Assembly (NCBI RefSeq): GCF_009914755.1
Contig: NC_060935.1
Strand: one strand, 5' to 3'
Length of the DNA stretch: 64,000 nucleotides
DNA from: the human T2T-CHM13v2.0 reference genome, Homo sapiens
In this document: in pieces, positions 15,405 through 36,136 of the stretch
Layout of the letters: every line of letters starts with the position of its first letter
How positions within the stretch are numbered: position 1 is the first letter of the stretch
Notes under the pieces: model-generated
Seen by the model: only the letters and a program-made list of their open reading frames with translations
Databases searched by the model: none
What the model was told of the DNA's origin: nothing
Translations under genes and position numbers: made by a program

Positions 15405-15787
15405 TGGATTAAGAAAATGTGGCACATATACACCATGGAATACTATTTAGCCATAAAAAAGGATGAGTTCATGTCCTTTGTAGGGACATGGATGAAACTG
15501 GAAACCATCATTCTCAGCAAACTATCGCAGGGACAAAAAATCAAACACCGCATGTTCTCACTCATAGGTGGGAACTGAACAATGAGAACACTCGGACACA
15601 GGAAGGGGAACATCACACACTGGGGCCTGTTGTGAGGTGGAGGGAGTGGGGAGGGATAGCATTAGGAGATATACCTTATGTAAATGATGAGTTAATGAGT
15701 GCAGCACACCAACATGGCACATGTATACATATGTAACAAACCTGCACATTGTGCACATGTGCCCTAGAACTTAAAGTATAATAAAAA
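15405..15787 (+). mobile_element. L1PA (primate LINE-1) 3' end, 5'-truncated
   Basis: Close match to the end of L1 ORF2 and 3'UTR (...cctagaacttaaagtataataa). TSD AAAGTCCC at 15397-15404 and 15857-15864. Confidence 0.93.
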
Positions 15788-15856
15788 TATATAGATAGAT
15801 ATAGATATAGATATAGATATAGATATAGATATAGATATAGATATAGATATAGATAT
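15788..15856 (+). repeat. (ATATAG)n hexanucleotide microsatellite in the L1 tail
   Basis: About 10 near-perfect units read directly. Confidence 0.95.
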
Positions 15857-16919
15857 AAAGTCCCCAAGAAGAAGTGGCAGAATGGGATCAGGACAGTGCA
15901 GGTGAACACACAGAGCTTCTATCTCACCTGCTAACGAAAGTATAAACTTGTCTGGAGGATGGTCTGGCCAACTCTTACCAACATTTCAAATATGCCCATC
16001 TTTTGATCTCCTCTTCTAAAACTTGGCTGTGCATATATACCAACCAAGGATATACCTACAAATTCAAGGATGGTCCACCTTTGGCAATATTGGTGAAAAT
16101 GAAAAATGGAAGGAACTTAAAAGTCCATCAATAGGGGAAACGTGAAATAAAGTAATACACATCTATATAATAACATTTTACATAGCCATTTAAAAGAAAC
16201 AGGTCAATACGCTGACATGAAAATATTTCTATAGTTTATTTTTTAATTAACCATTTCTTTAGAGATAATTGTAGAGTCACATGCAGTTGTAAGAAACAAC
16301 AGAGATCTCCTGTACCCTTTACCTTGTTTCCCTCAATGGAGACATCTTGTGAAACTATCGTTCAATATCAAAATTAAATTTTTAAAAAACTTAGATAATA
16401 CTACATACATTACCCTTGTGTATTTTAAGTGTCCACAAAATGTGTACATGTACAGAAGAAGATTTAACTACTAGCAGTTGACACCTGGAAGTATAAAACG
16501 TTAAAGGAGGAAAAAATGGAAGACGTATACCTTTACTTTATGTACATCTGCACTAATTTTTCTTACGAAGTACATAAATTACTCCTAGAATATACAAGGC
16601 AAACAGGTAGAGGGGTTAGATTTTGAAATAAGTACAGGCACCTATTCTTTTAACCAAGGGAGTTTAATATTTGGAAGCAGTGGGGAGGAAAAGTGAAAAG
16701 GATCACACTGAAACCCTCTATTTCCTCAATTTAGTAGACTGGCAAGCTGTGATTCATTCAATAGGAACAAGTACTCGGTCACAGACTACTCCATGCCAGG
16801 CTCCGTCCTAGGCCATGGAAATTAACCAGACAGGTATGATTTCTGACCTCGAGGAGCTTAGAGCCTACCAACAAAGGTAGGCATTAACAAAAAACATTAC
16901 ACAGTTATACTCACCATTA

Positions 16920-17190
16920 CAGTAGAGCACAGCAGTTTAGAACGTGGGCACTGGGGTCTGCCCGGGTTCAAATTCCAACTCTGCTACCAAATGGCTGTGT
17001 GACTTTGGACAAGTGACTTAACATTCCTCACTTCAGTTTCCTCATCTATAAGATGCAGATAATTCTAGGTCCTACTTATTTACCCACCTATACAACTCAT
17101 AGGGTTGCTATGAAAACCAAAAAACTTCCTATGTGTAAGTGCTAAGAACAGTCTCTGCAACTCATAAACACTCAAAGGTTGCTGCTATTA
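16920..17190 (+). mobile_element. MIR
   Basis: gggttcaaattcc...gctgtgtgactttggacaagt...cagtttcctcatctataa. Confidence 0.8.
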
Positions 17191-17497
17191 TTGTTGTTAC
17201 CATCATTACTATTAATAATTTCAGAGGGAATCTAATCTACCTTTAGGCAAATGGAAGGTCAGGGAAAACTTTCTTGAGAAAGGAACACATAAGCTAAGTC
17301 CTTAAGATAAATACAAATTAAACATGCCAAGAAAAAAGGTGTCCAGCAGAGAAAAGAGCATATACAAAGCCCTGTGCTAAGAATGAGCTTGGCATGTGAA
17401 GGATCTGAAAAAGGGCCAGTGAAGCTAAGGCGCTAAGAGGACAGAGATGAGGCTAGAAAACCAGAAAGATCCTGTTAAACTTAAGAATTTTACCTCT

Positions 17498-17795
<298 letters not shown>

Positions 17796-18819
17796 TCACC
17801 TCCATCTTTATAATGAACAGTATTGTACAGGAAATAACATAATAGATTTGTTGTTTTCTCTCTTTTTAAAGGTCACTCTGCTGAAGTGTAGAATCAGCTG
17901 CAATGGAGGAAGGTGACACGAACCAAAGGAAAATGTGGAAAGATTTAGAAAGAACTGTCATTCTGGTGAAGGAGAAATGAAATCAACTCCAAACAAGTGA
18001 GAAAACTACTAAAGAGAATAATAAGCACAGATGAGGCTAAAACCCATGGATTAGCAAAAGAACAAATTAATATGATGAAATCATTTCTTCAGGCCCTAGA
18101 GCGGGAACACAGAAAAAGGGCAGTACTGTTAATCCACAGCTGGAGATCTGCATGGCATGTGGGAAAGAAGAACAAAGATGCAGGAGAACTGCGGATACTG
18201 ATGACTCATTGAAAGTGACCAATTATGGCATCCATATGGGATAAAGTGATGCCAGGAAGAATGTCACAAATTGGGAGACAATGGAGATTTAAGGGGCTGG
18301 CGGCCTCAGTGAAATGAGAAAATAAACTCAGCAAATGGAAGAACTGAAAAGACAGGAAATTGTGTTCAAAGAGAAAAATTTACAGATTTGTAATTCCAGA
18401 AGTGGACGTTTGGCCACAGAAATAAATTGCTACAGAGAAGTGGAAGAACAGATAGCTGGGAGAAGAAAGACCAAGTCAGATGAGATTAAGATGCTGGACA
18501 AGTAATCAACATGGACATTAAAGGCATACAAAATCACAGAGTAAGAGAAAATGATTTAGAAGGAATAGGAATTAAAGTCTCAGTTACAGTCTTAATATCA
18601 CACTATAAAGAATGTGTTTTTAATTATATGGAATAAAACAGGATGTCTTGCTAAAAACAAAGCTTAATCTATTTGTTTAGCAAATAATTTTCAAGGACTT
18701 CCCTGAATAGCCATTCCTGACAAAAGCTCTTAGAGAGACAAAGAAAGAAGCTTTCTTAACTTGATGATTATTTGTCACAACCAGACAGCAAGCAACATAT
18801 TTAATGGTAAAAAACTAAA

Positions 18820-20220
<1,401 letters not shown>

Positions 20221-20222
20221 CT

Positions 20223-20520
20223 GGCCAGATGCTGTGGCTCACACCTGTAATATCAGAACTTTTGGAGGCTGAGGTGAAGGGATCGCTTGAGGCCAGGAGT
20301 TTGAGACCAGGCAGGGCTAACACAGTAAGACCTCGTCTCTATCAAAAATTAAAAATTAGTTGGGCATGGTGGCACACACCGGTAGTCCCAGCTACTCAGG
20401 AGGCTGAGGCAGGAAGATGGCTTGAGCCCAGAAGTTCAGGGCTGTGGTAAGCTGCGATCATACCACTGCACTCCTGGGCAACAGAGCAAGACCCCATCTC
20501 AAAAAATAGATAAAATAAAG
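20223..20520 (+). mobile_element. AluJ
   Basis: Diverged dimer; TSD ATAAAGCCT. Confidence 0.88.
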
Positions 20521-20629
20521 CCTATTCATTAAAAAAAAAATTTTAAGGTATTACCATTTGAGTCACACAAGAGAAGATAATGTCTGTTGTGTGTGTGTGT
20601 GAGCGAACACGCATGTGGTAAAGCAATAT

Positions 20630-20840
20630 ATTCGAGAGGTTCAGAGTGCAAACTCTGCTTGGGCTCAGTCTGGCTCTTCCACTTAATGGTTGCGTCACTT
20701 TGGGTAAGTTATAAACTTCTCTAAGTGTCAGTTTCTTCACTGGCAAATTGGGGATAATAATCATCATGGAGTTTTAAAGATTAAACGAGTTCACAGATGT
20801 AAAAGCACTGACCAGAACAAATTAAGTACTCAATAAATCT
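20630..20840 (+). mobile_element. MIR
   Basis: ccacttaat...actttgggtaagtta...cagtttcttcact..caaattgggataataa. Confidence 0.7.
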
Positions 20841-20849
20841 TAGTTCCCT

Positions 20850-21000
20850 GTAACTCAACATAAGGTCTATGAACCCATAAGTCAACATTACCTGGGAGCT
20901 TGTCAAAATGCAGACTCTCAGGCCACTCCAGCCCTACTGAGTCTTCATTTTAATAAGATCCTCAGGTAACTGCTGTGCATATTTAAGTTGAAAAGCACTG
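20850..21000. mobile_element. MER5A-like hAT-Charlie DNA transposon
   Basis: cattacctgggagcttgt.aaaatgcagactctcaggcc...cattttaataagatcctcaggt...gttgaaaagcactg. Confidence 0.7.
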
Positions 21001-21300
21001 TATTCGCTGGTATGATTATTATCAATCATAAGCTATTCTTTGAAAATGTCAATAAATAAGCAGAAATATTAGAAGAGTCCAAATTATTATTTGCTGATGA
21101 TATGTTACAAAAAAAGAGAATCAATTATAATAGTTAATGAAATTTTGAAACATATTCTAAAGATACAGTAATTAAAACAAAGTATAGGCACATAAATAAA
21201 TAAAGAGTGTATGTTAATATGACCGTTTCAAATAAGTGAGTAAATGATAAACTGATAGGGCAATTGGGTATAGATTTTTTTTTTTTAAATAAAAAAGTCA

Positions 21301-21465
21301 AGCCAGGCACAGTGGTTCACGCCTGTAATCCCAGCACTTTGGGAGGCGTAGGTAGGCAGATCATTTGAGGTCAGGAGTTCAAGACCAGCCTGGCCAACAT
21401 GGTGAAACCCCATCTCTACTAAAAATACAAAAATTAGCCAGGCGTGAACTCCACTGTGCCCGGCC
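21301..21465 (+). mobile_element. Truncated Alu (left arm) capped by an inverted Alu head
   Basis: Left arm and linker, then CAGGCGTGAACTCCACTGTGCCCGGCC (reverse complement of an Alu 5' end). Confidence 0.85.
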
Positions 21466-22838
21466 TGCTAATGTTATATTTTCAGTAGGAAATAGGCTAA
21501 TATTTCAGCAGGCTAATATTTTCAGTAGGAATTACAAGCTTTCTGATTTTCCCTCGAAAATTACTTAACCCTTTGGAAATATATTCTCACGTTATCCAAA
21601 TTTTCCTAAGAATTCTTAAAGTAAAAATATGTCAAATTTTGTCCTCCCCAAATGGGCCACAACGTGCATTTCCATTGGCCCTCTGATCAAACCTAGTTCC
21701 AGTTTAGTTTCAACAATGAACCATCTAAGCCAGGCAAGAAATTTAACAACATAACACCAAATATCGGCCCAAAATGGAACCCATAGGTCCAAAATATGCC
21801 TAATAGTAACAGACAGCAATTGTTTAAAAGTAATTGCAAAGAAATACAGTAAGTCCAAATTCACTTTAGTTTCAATTCTGAATCATTTCTCAATCTCTAA
21901 ACTGGAAAAAAAAAATTTAGCCACTTGTCACCTCTGACTAAATACAGGCTAAATGCAGGCTTCAGTCCCCAAATCACTAAGTGTGGAAAAAGTGCATGCC
22001 TTCAAGAAAAGTGCCAACGGGAGGATTTTCCCAGAAAGAGTGGTTCACATACACAGTAGGAAAATCTTGTATAGGTAACTTGGCTACCAATTTAATTCCC
22101 TCAACCAATTTGGAAACTAATGGAAGTAAATGACTAAGAACTAAAATACATCAGACAGCATGGAAAAAAACATACGTATTAAAAGCACACAATGTGATTT
22201 AAGTTTGTTTTTAATTGCCTTTTGCTGAAGTTGGAATATTAAATTCTTTTGCTGCAGATAAATCAGAAATCAGCTTTACTGGTTTCCTATAATGTTGCAC
22301 TTAGAAATGTTCAGCTGCTATAATGAATTACATGACTACTTAAAGGGGTTTCTTACTCCTTGTACAATATTTAAAAGAATGTATTACATGTATATCTGCC
22401 TTATACTAACTAATCTTCATATCATTGGGTCTAAATTATTAAAGTGATATAAACTACCAGTTATTGGAATTAAACACCCTCCCCTTTCTCTAAAACTGTT
22501 AGCTTCAATGAGTACCCACGTCTCAGAAGCTATGACCATAACTACACTGAAACCATAAATTAGTGAGATTGGAATTCCCCCACAAAGGAGGGGGAAGATT
22601 CAATACCTTTTCTCATAGCTGTAGCAGGCAATACTCTCTTGGTTTCTCAGAACCACTAAGTACGGCAGTCTCCTCTGCCCAATGTAAAGTCAGCTGCCAG
22701 GCTATCTGTAACCAAACCGTAGAACCTAGTTTCCCTTTCTGAAAAGGTAAATAATCCTTCTGGCCTGATTTACCAATAAAGATGTGAGTAAAAAGAAATT
22801 ATCAAGGAGAGCATACCCAGGCTTTAACTTCTTAATGA

Positions 22839-23124
<286 letters not shown>

Positions 23125-24127
23125 GAAGTTTCTTAAGATTCCCCATCTTATAAGAAAAAGACAAACCTTGTTGGTAATGTTAATACCAATAAGTACAAAT
23201 TGCACGCTCCATATCTCATATTCAGTCAGAAAAAAAAAATTAGCCTTCAGGGACACTGATAACTTTATTATATGTTAATGAATACAGTATCAAAAACATC
23301 TGGAAAAAGTACCCCTGTTAAAGAGCACAGCATTAAGAATTCACAGAGGCTGCTCAGGATAAAGCCAGGTCAAAACTAAGGTCAACATCCTTCAGGGTTT
23401 TCAATGTCAGGGTCATTCATGTACTGAGACTTAAACTTGATCCTGAGTATAATTTGTCAGTAACTGCCAAGAATTTAAAAAAGGAAAAACAATAATTTAG
23501 AGTGCCTGTATTATCTAATTTATAGTAGACTTCATTAACACCAGAGAAACATCACAATTCCTATACCCCTACAACTTTTTAATTATCTCTTCAAGACATC
23601 TTAAATGAAAACAGCATATTACTTATTGCCTCTCACTCTTAACTCCTTTTTCTTTATTCTTTGAGATTGCTGACTCAAAGCCATCTTGGGCAATAAAGAC
23701 TGGTTCAGCATTCTTCCAACTCATCTAAAAAACATTTTACATTTAGTGGCAGTTCAGTCTTTAACCACAGATCACATTTCTTTTCTACTGATAAGCACTG
23801 TCACAAATCAGAATTAACAATACAATTTTAGCATATTATCTTATCAGACTTCATAATTCTCCACTGCTGCCTAGATCTTGATTTTTCAACTCTTATACCT
23901 ACAACGGCTGCTTTTTAAAAAGGCATCTTAAAACAGGTCTTTCATTTAAGTTCTTTCTACAGCAAAGGCAGGGTAATTAGTAGCTAAATGGCTTACAAAT
24001 TGAGCTCTCTTCAAACACTAAAAATATTACCTAAACTAATATATCTGAACTGCACTTGACTTTTAATTGCTAAAATTCTCGTGTTAGATAAAACTCAGGA
24101 ATTGATCCCATAGAAAGTAACTTTGTC

Positions 24128-24532
<405 letters not shown>

Positions 24533-24899
24533 TTATTATTTTAAAAAATGAAAGAACAAGTGAAGACTGGATATTAAATTTTAATTATAAACTATTTTAA
24601 ACAGTAAAATTAAAAGTCCATTCGTCTATTAGAATAATCACAGTAAATACATCATGTTAATAAAAGAAATGAATTTTTCATTTTTTTTACAGCAAATCAG
24701 ACAACTCAATAACTTTTGAAAACAATCCATGAAAACGAATGTTAAACCTGGCACTGTATTTCATTTGAGGGCATGGAAACTTTACAGTGACTTAAGACAA
24801 AATATTCTATACAGCGGAGTTGATCAAAATAAATGCTTTTTAAACACAAATTTAGTATCTTCAATATCTTCAAATTTAAAAATAACTTTCATAAATTGA

Positions 24900-25189
<290 letters not shown>

Positions 25190-25314
25190 CATAAATTGAT
25201 TTTAATGAAGTTTATTCCCTGAGCCAATATTTCTTTATTTATTTTTACTCCTATCAATCTAAAATTCCTGGTGTCTTATGCCAAGGAATCCGGTCTTCAC
25301 TAGAATACTTTATT

Positions 25315-25625
25315 TTTCTTTTCTTTTCTTCTTTTTTTTTTTTTTGAGATGGAGTTTTGCTCTGTCACCCAGGCTGGAGTGCAGTGGTGTGACCTCAGCT
25401 CACTGCAACCTCCGCCTCCGGATTCAAGTGATTCTCCTGCCTCAGCCTCCTGAGTAGCTGGGATTACAGGCACACGCCACCATGTCTGGCTAATTTTTGT
25501 ATTTTCATAGAGATGAGGTTTCACCATGTTGGTCAGGCTGGTCTCAAACTCCTGACCTTAAGTGATCCACCCAACTCGGCCTCCCAAAGTACTGGGATTA
25601 CAGGCGTGAGCCACCGCACCTGGCC
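25315..25625 (-). mobile_element. AluS
   Basis: Antisense dimer. Confidence 0.9.
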
Positions 25626-27358
<1,733 letters not shown>

Positions 27359-27663
27359 TCAAGTTATACTCTCTATGCAAAAGCCTGCAACTAAGAATAC
27401 ACAATATTATCATCAAACCAAATTAATAAATACTTAGGTAGCTTAAGGGTCAAAAATGGTTCCCCACACCCCAAAAATGGCTCCTTAAGGTCTATAAGAT
27501 CAAGCCCAAATGTCTCAACTAAAAATTCATGTCCTTTATGAAATGACCCCATCCTACCCATCAAAAATATCTTCTGTTCCCCAATCCAAATTCATCTATT
27601 CTCCACCAAACATAGTATTTTCTCTCCCTGGAATGCTATCCCCATATTACTGTCAGCAATTCA

Positions 27664-28020
<357 letters not shown>

Positions 28021-29562
28021 GCCTTTGGTTATTCCTAACCCAAAATGTTCTTTCCTTTCTCTAGAATTTCTTATGTTTGGCCAGAACTATAAAATATGAC
28101 ATATAATTTTAAACCACATTTTCCTATTCTCTAATTATGTTTTGCTTTTTAAATCTTATTTCTTCACCTATAAGGAGGAAGAGCCTTAAAGATGGGTAGT
28201 ATGACTCCTACCCTGTTGTAACTTACCACACTGCTGGGAAAATAGCAGGGCTTGTTCTCTCAGTGATGCTGCACTACAGATAGATTGAAACTTAAGGGGA
28301 TGGAAATCTAAACTGCATTCCCATTTGGAAACATCAGCATGAATCTATGGCTTTACTTGCCCATCTAAAATTAGAGAGAAAGAAGATAAAGGGGTAGGCT
28401 TGACAATTCTGCCAGTTCTGGTAGTTGTTAAGATTTTTTTTTGGGGGGGGGGGGTTTGTTGTTGTTATTTTATGGAAATTTTCAAACATATATATAAGTA
28501 GAAAGAAATAATACAATGTGCCTCTTGTACCCATCAGCCAGCTTAGACAGTTATAAATAAATACATGGCCATTTTATCTATACTGCTGACCACTTCTTCC
28601 TTTCCCCCAGCAAATCTCAGACACATTCCGTCATCCATATGTATTTCAGTATATATTTCTAAAAGGTAAGTACTTTTTGTCTGCAATATGACCACCATAC
28701 TACTGCCCCATCTGAAGAGAATAATTCCTTAACATCAGATACCCAGTCAATGTTCAAACTGCCCCAATTATCATATAAGTTTTTTAGCAACTGGTTTGTT
28801 CAAATCACCATCTAGAATTATTTCAGAGGGAAATAACGGTTTCCTTGTCTCCTGCTCTGTGGTCTTTTACCCCTTCAATTTCATATACTTACCTTCTTAA
28901 TTTTTAAGTGTAGGCAAAAGAGCATTTCCTTCCCCCAGTACCCTCTATTCTCCTTCTTAATAAAGAATATATCCCTTCTATTTCCAATATTGAAGTTTGC
29001 CATTACCTCAGAGCTTTTAGCACATTCAGAAAAACATTTAAGTCAATCACACAGCCTCCCTCCTTCACATTTAAGTCGCCACATTCATTTACTACTCAGG
29101 AAGAGTTTTGATCTCTAACATCATAAAATGTAAATAATGTTGGCCCATTAAAAGATTATTTTCTATTTCTAAAAATCTTTATGAGAAATTCGATTTTGAT
29201 CTTTAAGTTATTACATTCTCCGCTTCCCATTTTAGGTGAGTTACTTTTAACACTTCATGAACTAAGGCATAGTGATAGGGCATTTAAGCCCAAAAGATTA
29301 CAACATGCTACTAAGAGATCAACATTAGCTTAGCTCTATTCCTTAGTCATGAAATGCATCCCTCATTATAATGTCACAAGGAGAACTAGATGAGAAGCTA
29401 TGCAATGGTAACCTCAAATACAACCCCTTCACTAGAAAACAATATAAATGCAAATAGTGAATCAGTAAGGTCATTTCCACTCATTTTTAGCACAGATTAA
29501 CAGAAGCAGATAACAAATATTAGGCAAACAACTAGAAGGAATTTTTTTAAAGGGATAATCTA

Positions 29563-30332
<770 letters not shown>

Positions 30333-30879
30333 TAAACTAAAAAGCAAGGCATTATCTCATCACTACTTCTAAGTCCCAAGAGCTACTAGTAACTTCAACA
30401 TTCAGCAGGGCAGACTGAAATCAAAACCTTTGGGCTCAGTATTGCAAAAAAAAAAAAAATAACATGACAGTCTCTGTCCTTAAGGAACTATACTCTAGCC
30501 AGTAAAACAAGATATTTAAACAATTAGCCCACAGTATAAGAAATTATATCAATAAATGCTAAATTGTATGAATCAGATTTAAAGTAGCATAGGTCAAAGG
30601 GATAGGTTTGCAAGGGCCAAAGAAGTCAAAGGACTACATGAAGATCGGGCTTCCACTGAACCTTGAAGGCAGGGCAGACTAGATAAGTAACACTAGGATA
30701 AACTGCAAGCTCATAAGGACAGAGGCCATGCCTCTCTCTCTTGCTTACCAACGAATCCCAATGTCTGGCACAGTGCCTAGAACACAGTGACACTCAAATA
30801 TTTGTAGATGAAACAGAAGGATAAATAGAAGGAAGAAGGGGAAGAAGAAGGGAGGGGAAAAGAGAAATTCCAAGAGTTG

Positions 30880-31176
30880 TTGTTTTGTTTTGTAAGACAG
30901 GGTCTCGCTCTGTCCTCCAGGCTGGAATGCAGTGGTTTGATCATGTTCACTGCAGCCTCAACCTCCCAGGCTCAAGCAATCCTCTCACTTTGCCTATTGA
31001 GTAGCTGGGACTACAGATGTGTGCCACCATGCTTGGTTAATTTTTTTTTTTTTTTTTTTTTTTCAGGAGAGAGAGAATCTCCCTATGTTGACCAGGCTGG
31101 TCTAGAACTCAAGGAATCCTCCCACCTCAGCCTTCCAAAGTACCGGGATTACAGGTGTGAGCCACCACACCCAGCC
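30880..31176 (-). mobile_element. AluJ
   Basis: Antisense dimer flanked by AAGAGTTGT. Confidence 0.88.
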
Positions 31177-31360
31177 AAGAGTTGTGTTTGTTTGTTTGTT
31201 TGTTTTAATGAAAGATTAAATGTGGCAATATAATGAGGCAGTGAGGAAACACACACTGGTGAAAAATAAGGTAAAACAGGTAGAATTAACTCAAATCACT
31301 GATGGTTTTAAAGTTCGCCAAATGAGGTTTAATATTTAATCTCAAATACTAAAATGACTA

Positions 31361-31680
<320 letters not shown>

Positions 31681-33890
31681 ACATGACTGTGTCCAAAAAG
31701 CATATTGTTACATTTCCACTTTTAAAAACTACTAACTAAAAGTGTAAACAGCTATTTTCACTAAGATAGCTATTCATCTTTTAATATCATCGGGCAAACC
31801 TGGAAAATGTGCTAACATTTCTCCAGAGGCGAACCCATACCACTCGCTAATACATATGAAAGATTTTGTCCCTAATATTTTTACTATCTGAAAATGTGAC
31901 TGGGTTATCACTAAGGTCATCCTCTTTGGTAGTTGTGTAATCAAATGGCTGAGGCTTACCACAATTAAGGCAAGAGACAAGAGAATGTAACCCAGCAGAA
32001 AGCCAGTGACTAATGCTGAGTCACAGTTTCCAAGTGATTATTTAACCAAAATGTCAACCTCTCATACTAACAATTCCCTACAATGGTGGCTGAAAGTAGA
32101 TCAAAGGTATTATCCAAAAAGTATACATCAGTATTTTGCAGGATAATGCTAAGGGATTGAGGCCAGTAAAGTCTAGTTGGACCTAGCATTTATAAGCCCA
32201 AATTTGCTAAGTCAAGGAGATTCTTACCTCCTCAAACTTTACAGTGGGAGAAGAATTCATGATTATGTTGATCTCAGTATACTTGGATCCTCCAGATAAC
32301 ACCCTCTTGCCAAAAAGTTCCAGGTCCTGGCTACTACCAGCTACAGTCTTTAGTGGCAGCTATATAATCTCAATATAGAAGGACTTTAGAAAGAAAAACC
32401 TAATGAGGGAAGGGAGCATTGGAAATTTTATCTTAAGGCTCTACATATGCACAGCAAGTGCATTACTTAAATTATATACACATTCATCATGAGTTTGCGA
32501 GCTCTCAACATCTCCAATGCTCATTTTCCTTAGCATTCCTTCTACTCTTTCAGCCCAAATCATCCATAACAGACAAGTTGTCTGGTTACATGCTAACACT
32601 CATCCATACTCATACTTTCTGGTTATGTACAGCTGTGATTAGAATTCTACTGTCCAATTTTGATGCCTAATACCTGGTATCGTGGAAAGAACAAGAGCCC
32701 TGGAGTCATATAGACCTACTTATAAATCTCAGCTCTACCACTTACAAGGTAAAGAACTTTGGACAAGTTACCTAAGTGAAGCTCATTTTTCTCAATAGAA
32801 ATTAGGTAAAACAATAGTTACTTTGTAAAAAGCTGTTGAAGGCTAGCAAGAATTATATGAAGTATACAGAACATAGGAGGCACTTAGCATACAGCAATTA
32901 AGATGGAAGTCTATTGACCAGACCTACACACAGGTTTCCAAATAGTATTAACTATATAATGAAAGCATGAATCAGCTTCACACGTCCTTGTCTCTCTACT
33001 CCCAGTTGTAAGATGACTTAACTGCTCCTCCGGAGGAAGAAGGCTGTTTCTCAGTCCTCAGTCTTAAGCCAAAATTGACTAACATTACAGTTATCTCCTT
33101 ACCATTAACATGTTTGCTACCACAGCTGCTAAGAAAATTTTATGTTTTCACTATGGCCTATGTTCTTGTTTTATGGTCTTGACCAATATTTTTAAGAGAC
33201 AGGGTCTTGCTCTGTTGCCAAGGCTAGAATGCAGTGGCACAATCATAATTCACTGCAGCCCTGAACTCCTGGGCTCCTACCTTATCCTTCCTAGTAGCCC
33301 AGCCTCCTTAGCAAATCGTGAATGCTGTTTCACTCTCAGTCTATTCTAGGGAGCTCTGACAGTCCCCAGCTTCTCCAGAACTACCACTCTTTGGCTTACC
33401 ATACTACTGTACTCCAAGATGGCAATCAAACCATAGTGCTCTGCCAGTGCCTAAGTGCCTTTATGTCCCTGTAACAGGCTGATGTCCAGTTCCACTTACT
33501 CCTAGCAAACAGGATCCCAATTTCTAGAATGACAGATACATCCCTATCTCAAGCTTGCCCCACCTAGGTCTACTTCCTCTTATTTTCCCACCCCCACTTC
33601 CCTACAGCCCCACAACAGTATATGTATTTTGGGTAAAGTAGACAGATACTCAAATAGGAGTCAGAAGACCTTGGTTCTACCTCTACTTCTGCCACTTTAC
33701 TAGTTATGAAGTGATAAAATGTTGTACTTACCTTACAGGAAGGCTCAAATAGACATTTATGAACATGTTCTATAGATGTATTATTATTATAAGTATAGCA
33801 AGTTTCTATTATGACAATATTTACTTGTCAATATAAAACCCTAACATATTTTTTTAAATCCTCTAGCATTGTTTTATTAGCAACAGCTTA

Positions 33891-34325
<435 letters not shown>

Positions 34326-34799
34326 TTACTATAATTTGTGTTAAAAGAGGAAATAAGTAGTAGATATTTACATTTACTTCTATACACATAAACTATCTCA
34401 AGACATATAAGACACAGATAATATCAACTGCCCCTGGGAAGGGAAATCTGGATGATCATGGGGTATGTGTGAACAGGATACTTTTCACTGTATTTCACTC
34501 TTCTTTAGCTTTTATGATTTTGAACCTAATAGTTCCCTAAATGGGGTAGGCATAGCATCTCCTCATACAACTATAAACCTGAGAAATAAGCTGAACCATT
34601 AATGAGGATGACAGCATATCTGACAACTCATTTCCTGGGCCAGCCTCAAACTCACAATTACCACCACCTAAAACAAATTACATTCCCTTCCATGATCTCA
34701 CCAAGTAACAAGAGTTAATTTATTCCTTCTAGGCAAACTTCCTGACTTGCTATACGTATCTATGTGCTATGTATATCCACATTCTATGTTATTGATTAT

Positions 34800-35411
<612 letters not shown>

Positions 35412-35794
35412 AGTTACTGATACTCGTAAAACTTACCGTTGCAGGGTTCCATCACAAGCCTTGGAAGAGCTCTCTAAATCAGAACACTTCCTACCTTCAG
35501 GGCCTGTTGAGGATCCATTCCAATGCTAACTTTTCTGAACCAAGGACTGAGTTCTCCCTCTTAATCACTCAAGATTCACCACAGGACCCCAGCAAATCAT
35601 TAATTTGAACTCCAATGATTAAATGAGCACAATGCAGACCATCCCCCTATTTACAGAAGAGTAAATTATGTTAATTTCTTCAATTTAGCAGAAAGGCATT
35701 CTTCCGAAACCTTTCAGAACAACTGTTATTTACCAATTTACCAAGGCAACATTCTCCCAAAATAAAATTTTAAATGATATTGCCTTAAACACAA

Positions 35795-36103
35795 TTTTTT
35801 TTTTTTCGAGATGGAGTCTCACTCTGTCACCCAGGCTGCAGTGCAGTGGCGCGATCTTGGCTCACTGCAACCTCCACCTCCCGGGTTCAAGCAATTCTCT
35901 GCCTCAGCCTCCCAAGTAGCTGGGATTACAGGCACCCGCTAATTACCATACCCGGCTAATTTTTGTATTTTTATTTTGTATTTTTAGTAGAGACGGGGTT
36001 TCACCATATTGGCCAGGCTGGTCTTGAACTCCTGACCTCATGATCCACCCGCCTCGGCCTCCCAAAGTACTGAGATTACAGGCATGAGCCACTGCACCCG
36101 GCT
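35795..36103 (-). mobile_element. AluS
   Basis: TSD GCCTTAAACA(C/T)AATTTT. Confidence 0.92.
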
Positions 36104-36136
36104 GCCTTAAACATAATTTTAATTATTCTGGAATGA

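Noticed and set aside
15488-15909. ORFs including the (LY)n peptide
   Set aside because: They are L1 3'UTR and (ATATAG)n microsatellite translations.
28434-28454. T9-G12 homopolymer junction
   Set aside because: It looks like the degenerate tail of an old antisense repeat; there is no supporting context for function.
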